Positions 6,273-16,905 of a stretch of DNA of 64,000 nt are shown here, piece by piece. The stretch's first letter is position 1; each line of letters opens with the position of its first letter. The DNA comes from an uncultured Alphaproteobacteria bacterium. GTDB taxonomy: Bacteria > Pseudomonadota > Alphaproteobacteria > Methylaequorales > Methylaequoraceae. The notes under the pieces were generated by a model that did not search any database, was not told where the DNA came from, and saw only the letters and a program-made list of their open reading frames with translations. The stretch lies in NCBI GenBank assembly GCA_902563305.1, contig CACEWP010000001.1:143886-207885 (forward strand), in the 5' to 3' direction. A program made the position numbers and the translations under genes.

Positions 6273-9055
6273 AGTTAAATGGTAATGAGTTGGTCCTAGT
6301 TGACGGATCTGGTTATATATTTAGAGCTTATTATGCTTTACCACCTATGTTCAGATCAGATGGAACTCCTGTAAATGCAGTTTTTGGTTTTACAAATATG
6401 CTTCTTAAATTAATTGAAGATATACAAAATGAAAAAGGTGGAAATGTTGCGATAGCTGTTATTTTTGATGCCGCACGAGAAACATTTAGGAATAAGATAT
6501 ATTCACAATATAAAGCTAATCGCTCTGAGCCACCAGAAGATTTAAAACCCCAATTTAATATTATTAAAAAAGTTCCAAATGCCTTCAATCTGGAATCAAT
6601 AGAATCAAAAGGATTTGAGGCTGATGATTTAATTGCTTCTTATACAAAGAAAGCAAAAGCAGAAGGAAAAAAAATAACAATAATTTCCTCTGATAAGGAC
6701 TTAATGCAACTTTTAGGTGAAGATGTAACAATGATTGATCCATTAAAAAAAAAAGAAATTACAGAGGATAGTGTTGTTGAAAAATTTGGAGTGGGTCCAG
6801 AAAAAGTAATAGAAGTACAGGCGTTATCTGGAGATACTTCTGATAATATTCCTGGTGTACCTGGAATTGGACCAAAGACGGCTGCTCAGTTAATAAAAGA
6901 ATTTGGTGATATAGAGGAATTAATAGAAAATGCTAACACAATTAAACAAGATAAGAGAAGAGAATCGATACTTTCAAATAAGGAGCTACTTATAATTTCA
7001 AAAAAGCTGGTGACATTGAAAGATGATGTAGAACTTCCTGTTTCTATTAAAGATTTAAAATTCAAACCCTTGAGGGTAGAAAAATTAATGGCATTTCTAG
7101 ATGAAATGGAATTTAAAAGAATTAAATCACTGATTTTGAGTAAATTCGGTTCACAAGATGCTGTAGATAACGAAAGTAATAAAAAATTAAAAAATGAAAA
7201 TAAAAATTTTGAATTTTATATTCCCCAAAGAAATCAAGTGAATAGGAAAACTTATGATCTAATTTTAAAGAAAACTAATTTTGAGAGTTGGATAAAAAAA
7301 ATATTAAGATTTGGTGTTGTCTCAATTGATTGTGAAACAACTTCTTTAAATGCGGTTGAAGCAAGAATTTTAGGTTTTTCAATGTCTTTAGAGAACAGTC
7401 AAGCTTGTTATGTACCTCTTGAACATACGAATTTAAATTCAGAGATTGATTTAGAGTATTTTATAAATCACATTAAAATTATTCTAGAGGATAGTTCAAT
7501 TTTAAAAATAGGTCAGAATATAAAGTACGACCTAATAATTTTAAAAAAACTAGGAATTAAGATGAAGAATTTAGATGATACTATGCTTATGTCATACGTA
7601 TTAAGAACAGGTCAAAGGGGGCATGGGCTTGATGAACTTTCATTAGATTATTTATCTCATAATACAATTAAATATTCGGATGTAACTACTATTGACAAAA
7701 AGAAAGTTTTATTTTCAGAGATTCCTATTGAAGATGCAAAAGATTATGCTGCCGAAGATGCTGATATTACTTTTAGACTGTGGGAAATTCTCAAGATATT
7801 ACTAATAAAAGATGATCTCTATGATTTTTATTATTATATTGAAAAACCCTTGATTGAAGTAATATCTGAAATGGAAATATCGGGTTGTAAAATTGATAAT
7901 GTTAAATTAAATGATTTATCGAGGGAATTTTCTGAAAAATTATTAAATATCGAAAAACAGATTTTCAAAAACTGTGGGACTAAATTTAATATTGGATCAC
8001 CAAAACAACTAGGTGAAATTTTATTTGACAAACTTAACCTACCATTTGGAAAAAAAGGAAAAAGTGGTAATTACCAAACTGATGTGAAGGTTCTTGAAAA
8101 ATTAAAATCTGAAAATTTTAATATTGCATCTTTAGTTTTGGAATGGAGACAATTTTCAAAATTAATAAGTACTTATTGTCAAGGTCTTTTGTCCAGAGAA
8201 AACAAAAAAACAAAAAGAATTCACACTTCATTTGGAATGGCAAGTACTTTAACAGGAAGATTATCCTCAAATGATCCAAATTTACAAAACATTCCAATTA
8301 AGACTAATGAGGGAAGAGAAATAAGGAAGGTATTTATAAGTGAGTCTAATAATAAAATTATATCCATTGATTATTCTCAAATAGAATTAAGAATTTTGGC
8401 TCACGTAGCAAATATTAAAAACTTGATAAAGGCATTTAAAGAAGATAGTGACATCCATACTGTAACTGCAATGGAAGTTTTTCAGATATCACAAGAGGAA
8501 GTAAATCAAGAACTAAGAAGAAAAGCAAAAATAATTAATTTTGGTATTATTTACGGAATATCTGCTTACGGTTTAGCTTCTCAACTAGAGATACCCAACA
8601 ATGAGGCAAAAATATATATGGATAAATATTTTTCCAAATATCCAGGTATAAGGGACTACATGAATGATACCGTACTAAACTGTAGATCTAAGGGTTTTGT
8701 TAAAACACCATTTGGAAGACGAATATTCATCCCATTTATAAATGATAAGATTGTAACAAGAAGAAATTTTGCAGAACGTTCTGCTATCAATGCTCCTATT
8801 CAGGGCGGAGCAGCAGATATGATCAAACTAGCTATGCCAAGGGTACAAAAGTTTTTGTCAGATGAAGGACTTAAAACTAAAATACTTTTACAAGTTCATG
8901 ATGAATTACTTTTTGAATCTCCCGAAAATGAAGTTGAGATAATTAAAGATAAGATTTCAGAACTAATGATTCATTCTCATGAGCAGTACCTGTCTTTAAG
9001 TGTTCCTATTAAAGTAGACATAGGTGTAGGAGAAAGTTGGGGTGACGCACACTAA
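6269..9055 (+). CDS. polA: DNA polymerase I
   Basis: 928 aa. Contains a 5' nuclease domain (GDTSDNIPGVPGIGPKTA), a 3'-5' exonuclease domain (SIDCETTSL) and polymerase motifs (DYSQIELRILAH, RRKAKIINFGIIYG, QVHDELLFE). Confidence 0.97.
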   Translation: MKLNGNELVLVDGSGYIFRAYYALPPMFRSDGTPVNAVFGFTNMLLKLIEDIQNEKGGNVAIAVIFDAARETFRNKIYSQYKANRSEPPEDLKPQFNIIKKVPNAFNLESIESKGFEADDLIASYTKKAKAEGKKITIISSDKDLMQLLGEDVTMIDPLKKKEITEDSVVEKFGVGPEKVIEVQALSGDTSDNIPGVPGIGPKTAAQLIKEFGDIEELIENANTIKQDKRRESILSNKELLIISKKLVTLKDDVELPVSIKDLKFKPLRVEKLMAFLDEMEFKRIKSLILSKFGSQDAVDNESNKKLKNENKNFEFYIPQRNQVNRKTYDLILKKTNFESWIKKILRFGVVSIDCETTSLNAVEARILGFSMSLENSQACYVPLEHTNLNSEIDLEYFINHIKIILEDSSILKIGQNIKYDLIILKKLGIKMKNLDDTMLMSYVLRTGQRGHGLDELSLDYLSHNTIKYSDVTTIDKKKVLFSEIPIEDAKDYAAEDADITFRLWEILKILLIKDDLYDFYYYIEKPLIEVISEMEISGCKIDNVKLNDLSREFSEKLLNIEKQIFKNCGTKFNIGSPKQLGEILFDKLNLPFGKKGKSGNYQTDVKVLEKLKSENFNIASLVLEWRQFSKLISTYCQGLLSRENKKTKRIHTSFGMASTLTGRLSSNDPNLQNIPIKTNEGREIRKVFISESNNKIISIDYSQIELRILAHVANIKNLIKAFKEDSDIHTVTAMEVFQISQEEVNQELRRKAKIINFGIIYGISAYGLASQLEIPNNEAKIYMDKYFSKYPGIRDYMNDTVLNCRSKGFVKTPFGRRIFIPFINDKIVTRRNFAERSAINAPIQGGAADMIKLAMPRVQKFLSDEGLKTKILLQVHDELLFESPENEVEIIKDKISELMIHSHEQYLSLSVPIKVDIGVGESWGDAH

Positions 9056-9840
9056 AAACCTGATGCGGTTTTGTGAAGTTTAATAAAAACTCCTCTTAAT
9101 TTTTTGGCATCTTTTATTGATCTGTCAAAACAATATCTAAGAGTTCTTTCTTTTCTTCTTAGATCAAATCCATCGGGATCAATTCCAATAATCTTCCATT
9201 TTTCCTTAACATTAGAAGTTTTTACTTTCAATAGTTTAGATACATACAAATCTATTGATTCCTGATGACAATCATTCATATGAGAGATTATATCAGTTTC
9301 AAACTTTTCAAAATTTGAATATTCATTACAAATTAAGTCATTTCTAGTGAACCACTTTACGCTTGCAAAACCTCCAACTAAATGTGCTCCAACAATATCT
9401 AATTTGTAAAAGTTCATATCTGAAAAACCTGAATATAATTTTGAAGTAGGATGCCTCAGAAGAAATCTATCTTTTACATTTAATTTTTTTGTCATTCGAA
9501 GTTTCCCTATTAAAGTCACTCTTGGTCTTGACATTGGGTCTTCATAATTAAATGGATTATTTTTGAATTTAGGAAAATGTTGATACAATTTTTGTTCTTC
9601 ACAAAGCATAAGAGAAACTAGATTATTGTTCAATACATTTGTAGTGTGTTCTGAAAGTTTAGATAATAAGACTAAAGGACTAATGTTGTAGTCAAATGCA
9701 GTAAGAGTGAAGGTAGAGTAAGGAAAATTATCTTTAAGGTTAATTTTTTTATTTTTAAATTTTTTGGGATCAAAATTTGTCGACATGTATCCTCTTGTCG
9801 AGGATCTGATCAATTGTCTTGTAGCATAATTAATATTCAT
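9052..9840 (-). CDS. HugZ-like / pyridoxamine-5'-phosphate-oxidase-related protein with DUF2470-like C-terminus
   Basis: 262 aa. RPRVTLIGKL...RFLLRHPTSKLYSGFSDMNFYKLDIVGAHLVGGFASVKW, HMNDCHQES and GIDPDGFDLR fit the COG0748 heme-utilisation-like family as I recall it. Confidence 0.6.
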   Translation of the reverse strand: MNINYATRQLIRSSTRGYMSTNFDPKKFKNKKINLKDNFPYSTFTLTAFDYNISPLVLLSKLSEHTTNVLNNNLVSLMLCEEQKLYQHFPKFKNNPFNYEDPMSRPRVTLIGKLRMTKKLNVKDRFLLRHPTSKLYSGFSDMNFYKLDIVGAHLVGGFASVKWFTRNDLICNEYSNFEKFETDIISHMNDCHQESIDLYVSKLLKVKTSNVKEKWKIIGIDPDGFDLRRKERTLRYCFDRSIKDAKKLRGVFIKLHKTASGF

Positions 9841-9891
9841 TATATTTCTCTTTTAATATATAATGTATAATGATTAGAGGGTTTAATTTAA

Positions 9892-10347
9892 ATGACAAAT
9901 TACAAATATATATTCTTTTCATTGATCTTATTTTTTTGTAGTCCGTTAAAGTCCGGAGAAGAATCCTTAACTTTTCATGGAGCTTATACTTTTGAAACTT
10001 TTCCCAAGCAAAAAGCATGCGCAGTATACGTTTCTATCTTTAATAACACAGATAAAGACTTTATTATTAGTTCAGCTTCTAGTGATATATCTGAAAAAGC
10101 AGAGATTCATGGGATTGTTATAGAAAAGGAAATTACAAAAATGAAAAAAATGGAAAATTTATTAATACAATCCAAGCAACAGGTTTTTTTACAACCAGGA
10201 GGAATTCATTTAATGTTGATGGGTTTAAAACATCAATTAAAAGATGGTTCATCTTTCGATGTAAGATTTATTTTGGACGACGGGAGTTTTAATGAAATTA
10301 AGGTAATGGTTTTGAATAAAAAAATGCGAGAAAATTTTATCGAATAA
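9892..10347 (+). CDS. periplasmic copper chaperone PCu(A)C (DUF461)
   Basis: 151 aa with a signal peptide. Carries EIHGIV...M...LQPGGIHLMLMGLK, the H/M copper-binding pattern. Confidence 0.8.
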   Translation: MTNYKYIFFSLILFFCSPLKSGEESLTFHGAYTFETFPKQKACAVYVSIFNNTDKDFIISSASSDISEKAEIHGIVIEKEITKMKKMENLLIQSKQQVFLQPGGIHLMLMGLKHQLKDGSSFDVRFILDDGSFNEIKVMVLNKKMRENFIE

Positions 10348-10348
10348 T

Positions 10349-10777
10349 ATGGAATTTAAGAGGGTCCATAGTTCCGCCGTTGTTCTAGATGACAATGGAG
10401 TTTTAATTATGGGAGATTCTGGTTCTGGAAAATCAGATTTAGCATTGAGGTTGATTGATAACGGAGCCACATTAATTTCTGATGATGTTTGTATTTGTAA
10501 GAAAAAGTTCAATGATATTTATCTTTTTTGTCCACCTGAAACAAAGGGTTTATTAGAGGTAAGAGATATAGGGGTTGTTACTGTTCCATTTGTGGAACAA
10601 ATTAAATTAAGATTGGTCGTTAAATTAACTGTTTCTAGGACAAACAGGTTGCCAGATAAAGATAACTACTTCAAAATTTTAGGAATCAAATATCCGTTAT
10701 TAAAAATAGATGGTAGAAATTCTTCATCTGTCATTAAAATAAAAGTTAAATTGAATGAAATCAGAGAAGAAATATAA
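10349..10777 (+). CDS. hprK: short HPr kinase/phosphorylase (C-terminal kinase domain only)
   Basis: 142 aa. P-loop GDSGSGKSDLALRLID followed by GLLEVRDIGV. This is the short form typical of alphaproteobacteria. Confidence 0.8.
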   Translation: MEFKRVHSSAVVLDDNGVLIMGDSGSGKSDLALRLIDNGATLISDDVCICKKKFNDIYLFCPPETKGLLEVRDIGVVTVPFVEQIKLRLVVKLTVSRTNRLPDKDNYFKILGIKYPLLKIDGRNSSSVIKIKVKLNEIREEI

Positions 10778-11612
10778 AATTTTTATAGTGACTGGTTTAT
10801 CTGGGGCAGGAAGAACATCTGCACTTAAGATTTTTGAAGATATGGGATTTGAAGCAATAGACAACTTGCCAACATATCTTCTTAGTAAAGTTATTAATTC
10901 AAAAGTAAAGAGAAACCTTGCTGTGGGCATTGATGTCAGAACAAGAGACTTTGATCCTAAAAAGATTGCAAGAGAAATTTCAATGAAAAAAAAAAAATTA
11001 AATATATCTGTAATCTTTTTTGACTGTGATAATTCAAATCTTTTAAATAGGTTTAAAGAAAGTAGAAGACTTCATCCTTTAAAACTTGATTTGCCAATTG
11101 AAGAAATAATTGAAGCAGAGAGAGTGTGGCTAGGACCTTTACTAAGTATTAATGATTATTACATTGATACTTCAAGGCTTAATTTAAATTTACTAAAGAA
11201 CCAAATGCAGATCTTGTTCAAAACATTATCTGATCTAAGAACAACTGTGAGAATTATTTCTTTTGGATATAAATATGGGCTACCAAGAGAAGCAGACTTG
11301 GTTTTTGATATGAGATTTTTAACTAATCCATTTTACCAAGACAAGTTAAAGCATTTCGATGGCAAAAATACAAAGGTGATTAATTTTGTTAAAAAACAAG
11401 AGTATTTTTATTTTTTTTTTGATAGGCTTTTCATATTGTTTAAAAAGATTTTAGAGGGATATAAAAGAGAAGGAAAAGGACATATAACAATTGCGTTTGG
11501 ATGTACCGGAGGAGTTCATAGATCAGTGGTATCAAGTGAATATTTTCATTCATTAATAATAAAAAATAAAAAACTGGAAATATTTTTGGAGCATAGGGAT
11601 ATAAAAAAATGA
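10755..11612 (+). CDS. rapZ: RNase adapter protein RapZ (YhbJ-type P-loop ATPase)
   Basis: 285 aa. Carries VTGLSGAGRTSALKIFEDMGF, DMRFLTNPFY and IAFGCTGGVHRSV. Confidence 0.9.
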   Translation: MKSEKKYKIFIVTGLSGAGRTSALKIFEDMGFEAIDNLPTYLLSKVINSKVKRNLAVGIDVRTRDFDPKKIAREISMKKKKLNISVIFFDCDNSNLLNRFKESRRLHPLKLDLPIEEIIEAERVWLGPLLSINDYYIDTSRLNLNLLKNQMQILFKTLSDLRTTVRIISFGYKYGLPREADLVFDMRFLTNPFYQDKLKHFDGKNTKVINFVKKQEYFYFFFDRLFILFKKILEGYKREGKGHITIAFGCTGGVHRSVVSSEYFHSLIIKNKKLEIFLEHRDIKK

Positions 11613-12031
11613 TTGGTCTAGTGTTAGTGAGTCATGCAAATATTGCAAAAGAGATGGTGAATGTAATACAACATATTGTTGGTCCACAAGAGAATATAAT
11701 CGCAATTTCAATTTTTCCTGAGGATAATATGGAAAAAAAGAGAATAGAAATTCTTGAATCAGTTAAAATAGTAGATAAAGGAAAAGGAGTGGTTGTACTC
11801 ACAGACATGTTCGGTGGGACTCCGTCAAATTTAGCTATCTCAGTTATGGAAAATGAAAAAATTGAAGTAGTTGCTGGAGTAAATTTACCTATGTTAATTA
11901 AAATGATGTCACTTAGAGATAAAAAATCAATAAAAGACTTGATCAAAGTTTCACAAGAATCAGGAAGAAAATATATAAACGTAGCGTCGGCTTTTTTTGA
12001 GGAAAATAAAGATTGGAAGAAAAAAAAGTAG
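11609..12031 (+). CDS. PTS EIIA component, mannose/fructose family
   Basis: 140 aa. N-terminal GLVLVSHANIAKE (phosphorylatable-His context) and DMFGGTPSN. ATGA overlap with rapZ. Confidence 0.85.
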   Translation: MIGLVLVSHANIAKEMVNVIQHIVGPQENIIAISIFPEDNMEKKRIEILESVKIVDKGKGVVVLTDMFGGTPSNLAISVMENEKIEVVAGVNLPMLIKMMSLRDKKSIKDLIKVSQESGRKYINVASAFFEENKDWKKKK

Positions 12032-14085
12032 AGAGGAAGATATTAATTACCAATAAGCTTGGCATTCATGCACGTGCTGCAGCAAAGTTTGTAGAATTAA
12101 CATCAAGGTGTAAATCAAAATTTACTGTTAGAAAAGGCTCAAAAGTAGTTAATGGTTCTTCCCTTTTGGGTTTGATGACTCTAGCTGCAACTAAGGGAAC
12201 TGAAATTAAGGTTCAATGTGTTGGGAAATTTTCTGAGCAAGATCTAAATAAACTAATTGGTTTAATAAAAAATAACTTTGGAGAAGAAAAGCCTCTTTCG
12301 GAAAATATTAATAAAGAATTAATTTTTAAAGGCATCGGTGTTTCCGGTGGATACGCAATTGGAAGTTGTCTTATAAAACAAAAATCTAACCTATCTCACT
12401 CTAAGTATAATATCTCTATCTCTTCAATTGATAAAGAAATAATGAGATTAGAAAAAGCGGTAAAGTCTTCAATTTTAGACATCAAGAAAATCATTAAAAA
12501 AATCACTTCTCAAAAGAATGATATCTATAAGGAAATGAAATTTATGCTTGAGGCTAATATTTCAATTATAAGATCTTCTTCACTTATTAAGGATGCTAAA
12601 AAAAGGATTAGAGAAGATTTGATAAATGCTGAATATGCAATAAATGAAGTTTTAAATAAACATTCAAAGATATTTAAAAGAATTAAAGATGATTATTTGA
12701 AAGATAGATTTGATGATGTCCGTGACGTTTGTAGTAGAATTATTGAGAACCTTCAAAAAAAAAAAAAATTACAGAATAATATTAAAGATAACCAGATTCT
12801 AATTTCGTCTGAGTTAAGTCCAGCAGATTTACTTGACAATTCAAAAATAAAATTTTTGGGTTTAGCGAGCGTATTTGGAGGTCCGGAGGGTCACTTTGCA
12901 ATAGTAGCTAGATCATTATCTATTCCAACAGTTGTAGGTATCAAAAACGCTTTAAAAAATTTAAAAAACGATGAAAAAATAATAATTGACGGTGACAAAG
13001 GATTATTAATTAAAAATCCAACTCAAACAACTATTTTAAATTATAGGAAAAAAATAGAGGAAAAGAAAAATGAAGATAAAAAACTCAACTCATTTGTAAA
13101 TACTGTTCCAATGACAATCGATCTACAAAGAGTAAAAATAGAGGCAAATGTTGATGATTCAGATGAGGTTAAATTATCGATGAAAAAGGGGATTGATGGT
13201 ATTGGATTATATAGGACAGAGTATCTTTTTATGAATAAAAAAACAATGCCATCAGAGGAAGAACAATATAATTCTATAAGAAAAACGCTGAAGCATTTGA
13301 AAGGAAAGCCCCTAACTATAAGAACTTTAGATGTTGGAAATGATAAACAAGTTCCTTCAATCGAAAAATATTTAACAAAATCTCCAAATCCAGCACTGGG
13401 ATTAAGAGCAATAAGATTAACATTAGCATATCCAAAGATTTTCAAAAGACAAATAACAGCTATTCTAAGGGCAAGTTCTTTTGGAAATATAAAAATAATG
13501 CTTCCAATGGTTTCAAACGTATCTGAGTTAATAGAAACAAAGAAAATTATTAACGAAGTTAAGAACGAAATTTTAAAGAAAAAAAAAAATTTCGAGTTAA
13601 AGATTCCGAAAATCGGAGTATTAATTGAAACGCCAGCCGCAGCATTAATATCCGAGACACTAGCAAAGAATTGTGATTTCTTTGCTATTGGTACAAATGA
13701 TCTTACAATGTATACCCTAGCAATTGATAGAGGTGACGAAGAGGTGGCGAAAATATACGATCCTGGACATCTTTCGGTTCTGAAATTAATTTATATGACA
13801 GCAAGATCAGCAGAAAAAAATAATATCCCAGTTAGTGTTTGCGGTGAGATGGCAGGTGACACATTTTTTACTTCTATTTTAATTGGAATTGGTATAAGAA
13901 CTTTATCTATGAGTACTTCAAGAATATTAAAAGTTAAACAATATTTAAGTAAAATAGATTCAAATGAAGTTAAAAAAATTTCAGATAAAATTTTCAAAGA
14001 AGGTGATAATGTGCTAATAAAAAATCTGTTAGATAACTACAATAAAGAAATAAATAAAAGGATTGGAAATAAAAGAAATGGATGA
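12013..14085 (+). CDS. ptsI: HPr-Enzyme I fusion protein (phosphocarrier HPr domain + PEP-protein phosphotransferase)
   Basis: Single 690-aa frame with a TTG start at 12013.
- Residues ~7-92 are HPr-like: [11 protein letters not shown] and [14 protein letters not shown].
- Residues ~105-690 are EI: [50 protein letters not shown] and CGEMAGD.
- No GAF-like N-terminal region. Confidence 0.85.
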   Translation: MEEKKVERKILITNKLGIHARAAAKFVELTSRCKSKFTVRKGSKVVNGSSLLGLMTLAATKGTEIKVQCVGKFSEQDLNKLIGLIKNNFGEEKPLSENINKELIFKGIGVSGGYAIGSCLIKQKSNLSHSKYNISISSIDKEIMRLEKAVKSSILDIKKIIKKITSQKNDIYKEMKFMLEANISIIRSSSLIKDAKKRIREDLINAEYAINEVLNKHSKIFKRIKDDYLKDRFDDVRDVCSRIIENLQKKKKLQNNIKDNQILISSELSPADLLDNSKIKFLGLASVFGGPEGHFAIVARSLSIPTVVGIKNALKNLKNDEKIIIDGDKGLLIKNPTQTTILNYRKKIEEKKNEDKKLNSFVNTVPMTIDLQRVKIEANVDDSDEVKLSMKKGIDGIGLYRTEYLFMNKKTMPSEEEQYNSIRKTLKHLKGKPLTIRTLDVGNDKQVPSIEKYLTKSPNPALGLRAIRLTLAYPKIFKRQITAILRASSFGNIKIMLPMVSNVSELIETKKIINEVKNEILKKKKNFELKIPKIGVLIETPAAALISETLAKNCDFFAIGTNDLTMYTLAIDRGDEEVAKIYDPGHLSVLKLIYMTARSAEKNNIPVSVCGEMAGDTFFTSILIGIGIRTLSMSTSRILKVKQYLSKIDSNEVKKISDKIFKEGDNVLIKNLLDNYNKEINKRIGNKRNG

Positions 14086-15364
14086 TTTTAAAGTTAAAGA
14101 TCTCAGCCTTGCTGAATGGGGAAGAAAAGAAATAAAAATTGCAGAAACAGAAATGCCTGGTTTGATGCAATTACGAGCAGAATACAAAGATGAAAAACCC
14201 CTTTCTGGAGCTAGGATTGCAGGATGTTTGCATATGACAATACAAACTGCAGTATTAATTGAAACACTTATTGATCTCGGAGCCACAATAAGGTGGAGCT
14301 CATGCAATATTTACTCAACACAAGACCAAGCAGCAGCAGCTATTGCTCACAAAAAAATTCCTGTATTTGCCTGGAAAGGTGAGTCAGAGGAAGAATTTTG
14401 GTGGTGTATAGAAAAAACAATTTCTGGACCTGGTGATTGGAAGCCCAATTTGATTCTAGACGATGGTGGTGATCTAACTAAATTAATGCATGAAAAATAT
14501 CCGGAGCTTCTGAAAGAGGTTAAAGGGTTATCAGAAGAAACAACAACAGGAGTTTTGAGATTAATCGAAATGGAAAAAAACAATGAACTTTTAGTTCCTG
14601 CTATTAATGTAAACGATTCAGTCACTAAATCAAAATTTGATAATAAGTATGGTTGTAGAGAAAGTCTAGTTGATGGAATTAGAAGGGCAACTGACGTTAT
14701 GATGGCTGGGAAAGTTGCATTAGTTGCTGGATACGGTGACGTTGGAAAAGGTTCCGCAGAAAGTTTGAGAAATGCAGGCTGTCGTGTTGTTGTGACTGAA
14801 ATAGATCCAATTTGTGCATTACAAGCAGCAATGGACGGCTTTGAGGTAAATACAATGGAAAACGTTGCGGATAAGGTTGATATTTTTGTTACAGCAACTG
14901 GAAATGTTGATGTAATAACAATCGACCATATGAGGAAAATGAAAGATCGGTCTATTGTTTGTAATATTGGGCATTTTGATTCAGAAATTCAAATTGAGTC
15001 TTTAAGAAATTATAAATGGGATAATATTAAACCACAAGTAGACGAGATTGAGTTTCCTGATGGGAAAAAAATAATTGTTTTAGCAGAAGGACGGCTTGTT
15101 AATTTAGGTTGCGCTACCGGCCATCCTAGCTTTGTGATGTCAGCTTCTTTTTCAAATCAAGTATTGGCACAAATTGAATTATGGAAGAATTATAGTAAAT
15201 ATAAGAATAAAGTTTATGTACTTCCAAAGAATTTAGATGAAAAAGTTGCAAAAATCCATTTAGACAAAATTGGCGCTAAATTGACTAAATTGTCAAAAGA
15301 ACAAGGTGAATATATAAATGTTCCCGTGGAAGGACCATATAAAAGTGAAGAGTATAGGTATTAA
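14078..15364 (+). CDS. ahcY: adenosylhomocysteinase
   Basis: About 428 aa from the ATG at 14078 (the ORF track begins at an upstream TTG at 14063). Carries [18 protein letters not shown] and NIGHFDSEI. The ATG overlaps the EI stop region by 8 nt. Confidence 0.95.
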   Translation: MDDFKVKDLSLAEWGRKEIKIAETEMPGLMQLRAEYKDEKPLSGARIAGCLHMTIQTAVLIETLIDLGATIRWSSCNIYSTQDQAAAAIAHKKIPVFAWKGESEEEFWWCIEKTISGPGDWKPNLILDDGGDLTKLMHEKYPELLKEVKGLSEETTTGVLRLIEMEKNNELLVPAINVNDSVTKSKFDNKYGCRESLVDGIRRATDVMMAGKVALVAGYGDVGKGSAESLRNAGCRVVVTEIDPICALQAAMDGFEVNTMENVADKVDIFVTATGNVDVITIDHMRKMKDRSIVCNIGHFDSEIQIESLRNYKWDNIKPQVDEIEFPDGKKIIVLAEGRLVNLGCATGHPSFVMSASFSNQVLAQIELWKNYSKYKNKVYVLPKNLDEKVAKIHLDKIGAKLTKLSKEQGEYINVPVEGPYKSEEYRY

Positions 15365-15371
15365 ATAAGAT

Positions 15372-16382
15372 TTATAAACCTTTAACGCCCGAGGTTGTGG
15401 AATACTCAAAATGGAGCACTTTGTCTGGAAAAATTCTTTTAAAACAACTTTGAGCGGCAATCGCTGCCTCTGAAAATCCTGTCAGAATAAGCTTTAATTT
15501 ACCTGGATAACTGCAAACATCACCGATAGCAAATATTCCCTCTATTGATGTCTGTGAAGTTGACTGGTCAACAAGAAGGAGGTTTTTCTCAATTTCTAAT
15601 TCCCAGTCCTTTATAGGACCTAAGTCAGATGATAATCCAAAAAACGGTAAGAAAAAGTCAACGCTTAGACTCTTCTTTTCACCATTTAAATTCTTTACAT
15701 TTAGTGAATTAATTTCTCCATTCGATCCTTCAATTGAATCAATTTGATAGGGTATAATCATCTCGATTTTATTTTTTTTTTCAAGAGAATAAAGCTTTTC
15801 AACATTATTAGGTGCGGCTCTTAACTTGTCTCTTCTGTGAATGAAAAAAATTTTCTCGGTTATAGATGCTAACTCAATTGCCCAGTCTACAGCCGAATCT
15901 CCCCCACCTGCAATTGCTACTCTCTTTTGTTTAAACATTAACTTATCTGTAATGTGATAGAAGATAGATTTATTTTCATACTCTTCAATATTAATTATTG
16001 GGGGCTTATTTGGTCCAAATGCCCCATTACCTGCCGCTATAAATAAACATTTACAATTTATTAATTGATTATTAGATGTTGAAACCAAAAACCCTTCTCT
16101 ATTTTCTTTAATCTTTTCAACTCTCTCTCCTAAAATAAATTTTGGGTTAAATGGTTTTATTTGTTGGCTAAGGTTATCAATTAACTCTTGTCCAGAAATT
16201 TTTGGGTATGCAGGAATATCATAAATAGGTTTCTCTGGATATAAAGATGAACATTGTCCACCAATCATATTAAGAGAATCAATTACACACGACTTAATTC
16301 CAAGCTGTCCGAGTTCAAAAACCGAAAACAGACCAACTGGTCCTGCACCGATAATCAATACATCTGTATATGTCTTATTCAT
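15372..16382 (-). CDS. ferredoxin-NADP+ reductase, thioredoxin-reductase-like type
   Basis: 336 aa. DVLIIGAGPVGLF, GGQCSSLYPEKPIYDIP and AGGGDSAVDWA are present. It lacks the TrxR CxxC active site. Confidence 0.85.
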   Translation of the reverse strand: MNKTYTDVLIIGAGPVGLFSVFELGQLGIKSCVIDSLNMIGGQCSSLYPEKPIYDIPAYPKISGQELIDNLSQQIKPFNPKFILGERVEKIKENREGFLVSTSNNQLINCKCLFIAAGNGAFGPNKPPIINIEEYENKSIFYHITDKLMFKQKRVAIAGGGDSAVDWAIELASITEKIFFIHRRDKLRAAPNNVEKLYSLEKKNKIEMIIPYQIDSIEGSNGEINSLNVKNLNGEKKSLSVDFFLPFFGLSSDLGPIKDWELEIEKNLLLVDQSTSQTSIEGIFAIGDVCSYPGKLKLILTGFSEAAIAAQSCFKRIFPDKVLHFEYSTTSGVKGL

Positions 16383-16443
16383 AATAATCTTTTTTTATTT
16401 TAAAAATATTTATTACTTATTTATATTAGAATAATAAAAAAAA

Positions 16444-16878
16444 ATGAAAGATGTATTTAAATTTAATTTGTTATGTTTAAGAGATTCCGAGAAATTAGCA
16501 AAAAAAATTTCAAATCATGTTAGATCCAAAACTTTCATCTCTCTTCGGGGTAAATTGGGAGTAGGAAAAACTACTTTGGTAAAATATATTATAAATTCAA
16601 TATCCCCAAAAAAAATAAGAGTTTTAAGTCCGACTTTTTCACTAGTACATATTTATGACTTAAAGAGGGTCAAAATTTGGCATTTTGATCTTTACAGATT
16701 AAAAAATAAAAGCGAATTATTTGACTTGGATTTTGATTTGGCGCTTTTAGATTGTGTTATTGTTGAATGGCCTGAGATTATAAAAGATTATTTACCAGCC
16801 AAGAGAGTTGATATACATCTTAATGAGGATGAAAAATTCCTGCGTACTGCTACTGTAAGGATTCTTAATGAAAATTAA
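16444..16878 (+). CDS. tsaE: tRNA t6A37 biosynthesis ATPase TsaE
   Basis: 144 aa. P-loop GKLGVGKTTLVK and the HFDLYRL motif. Confidence 0.85.
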   Translation: MKDVFKFNLLCLRDSEKLAKKISNHVRSKTFISLRGKLGVGKTTLVKYIINSISPKKIRVLSPTFSLVHIYDLKRVKIWHFDLYRLKNKSELFDLDFDLALLDCVIVEWPEIIKDYLPAKRVDIHLNEDEKFLRTATVRILNEN

Positions 16879-16905
16879 AGATAAAATAAAATCAAATGGT
16901 CTTAA

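Noticed and set aside
12013-12031. A-rich run (aagaaaaaaaag) at the EIIA-Man/HPr-EI junction, considered as a programmed frameshift site fusing EIIA to HPr-EI.
   Set aside because: The EIIA frame ends in a clean TAG. The HPr frame has its own TTG start with a normal HPr N-terminal length. Ordinary 19-nt overlap coupling explains the junction.
13041-13445. 134-aa minus-strand ORF inside the Enzyme I coding region. The same class includes 2472-2693, 4548-4811, 5498-5740, 6331-6588, 10249-10512, 10724-10930, 11632-11946, 13791-13997, 14029-14307, 14347-14625, 21802-22203, 23045-23242, 24422-24856, 26095-26322, 29938-30348, 35382-35696, 35817-36110, 39011-39328, 40275-40523, 42353-42625, 47338-47562, 48002-48232, 51498-51785, 52178-52438, 53251-53478, 55019-55237 and 55596-55940.
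   Set aside because: All lie antisense to, or out of frame within, genes carrying strong family motifs. Their translations are low-complexity (F/I/L/S/K-rich), as expected from reading AT-rich coding DNA backwards. They have no motif support.
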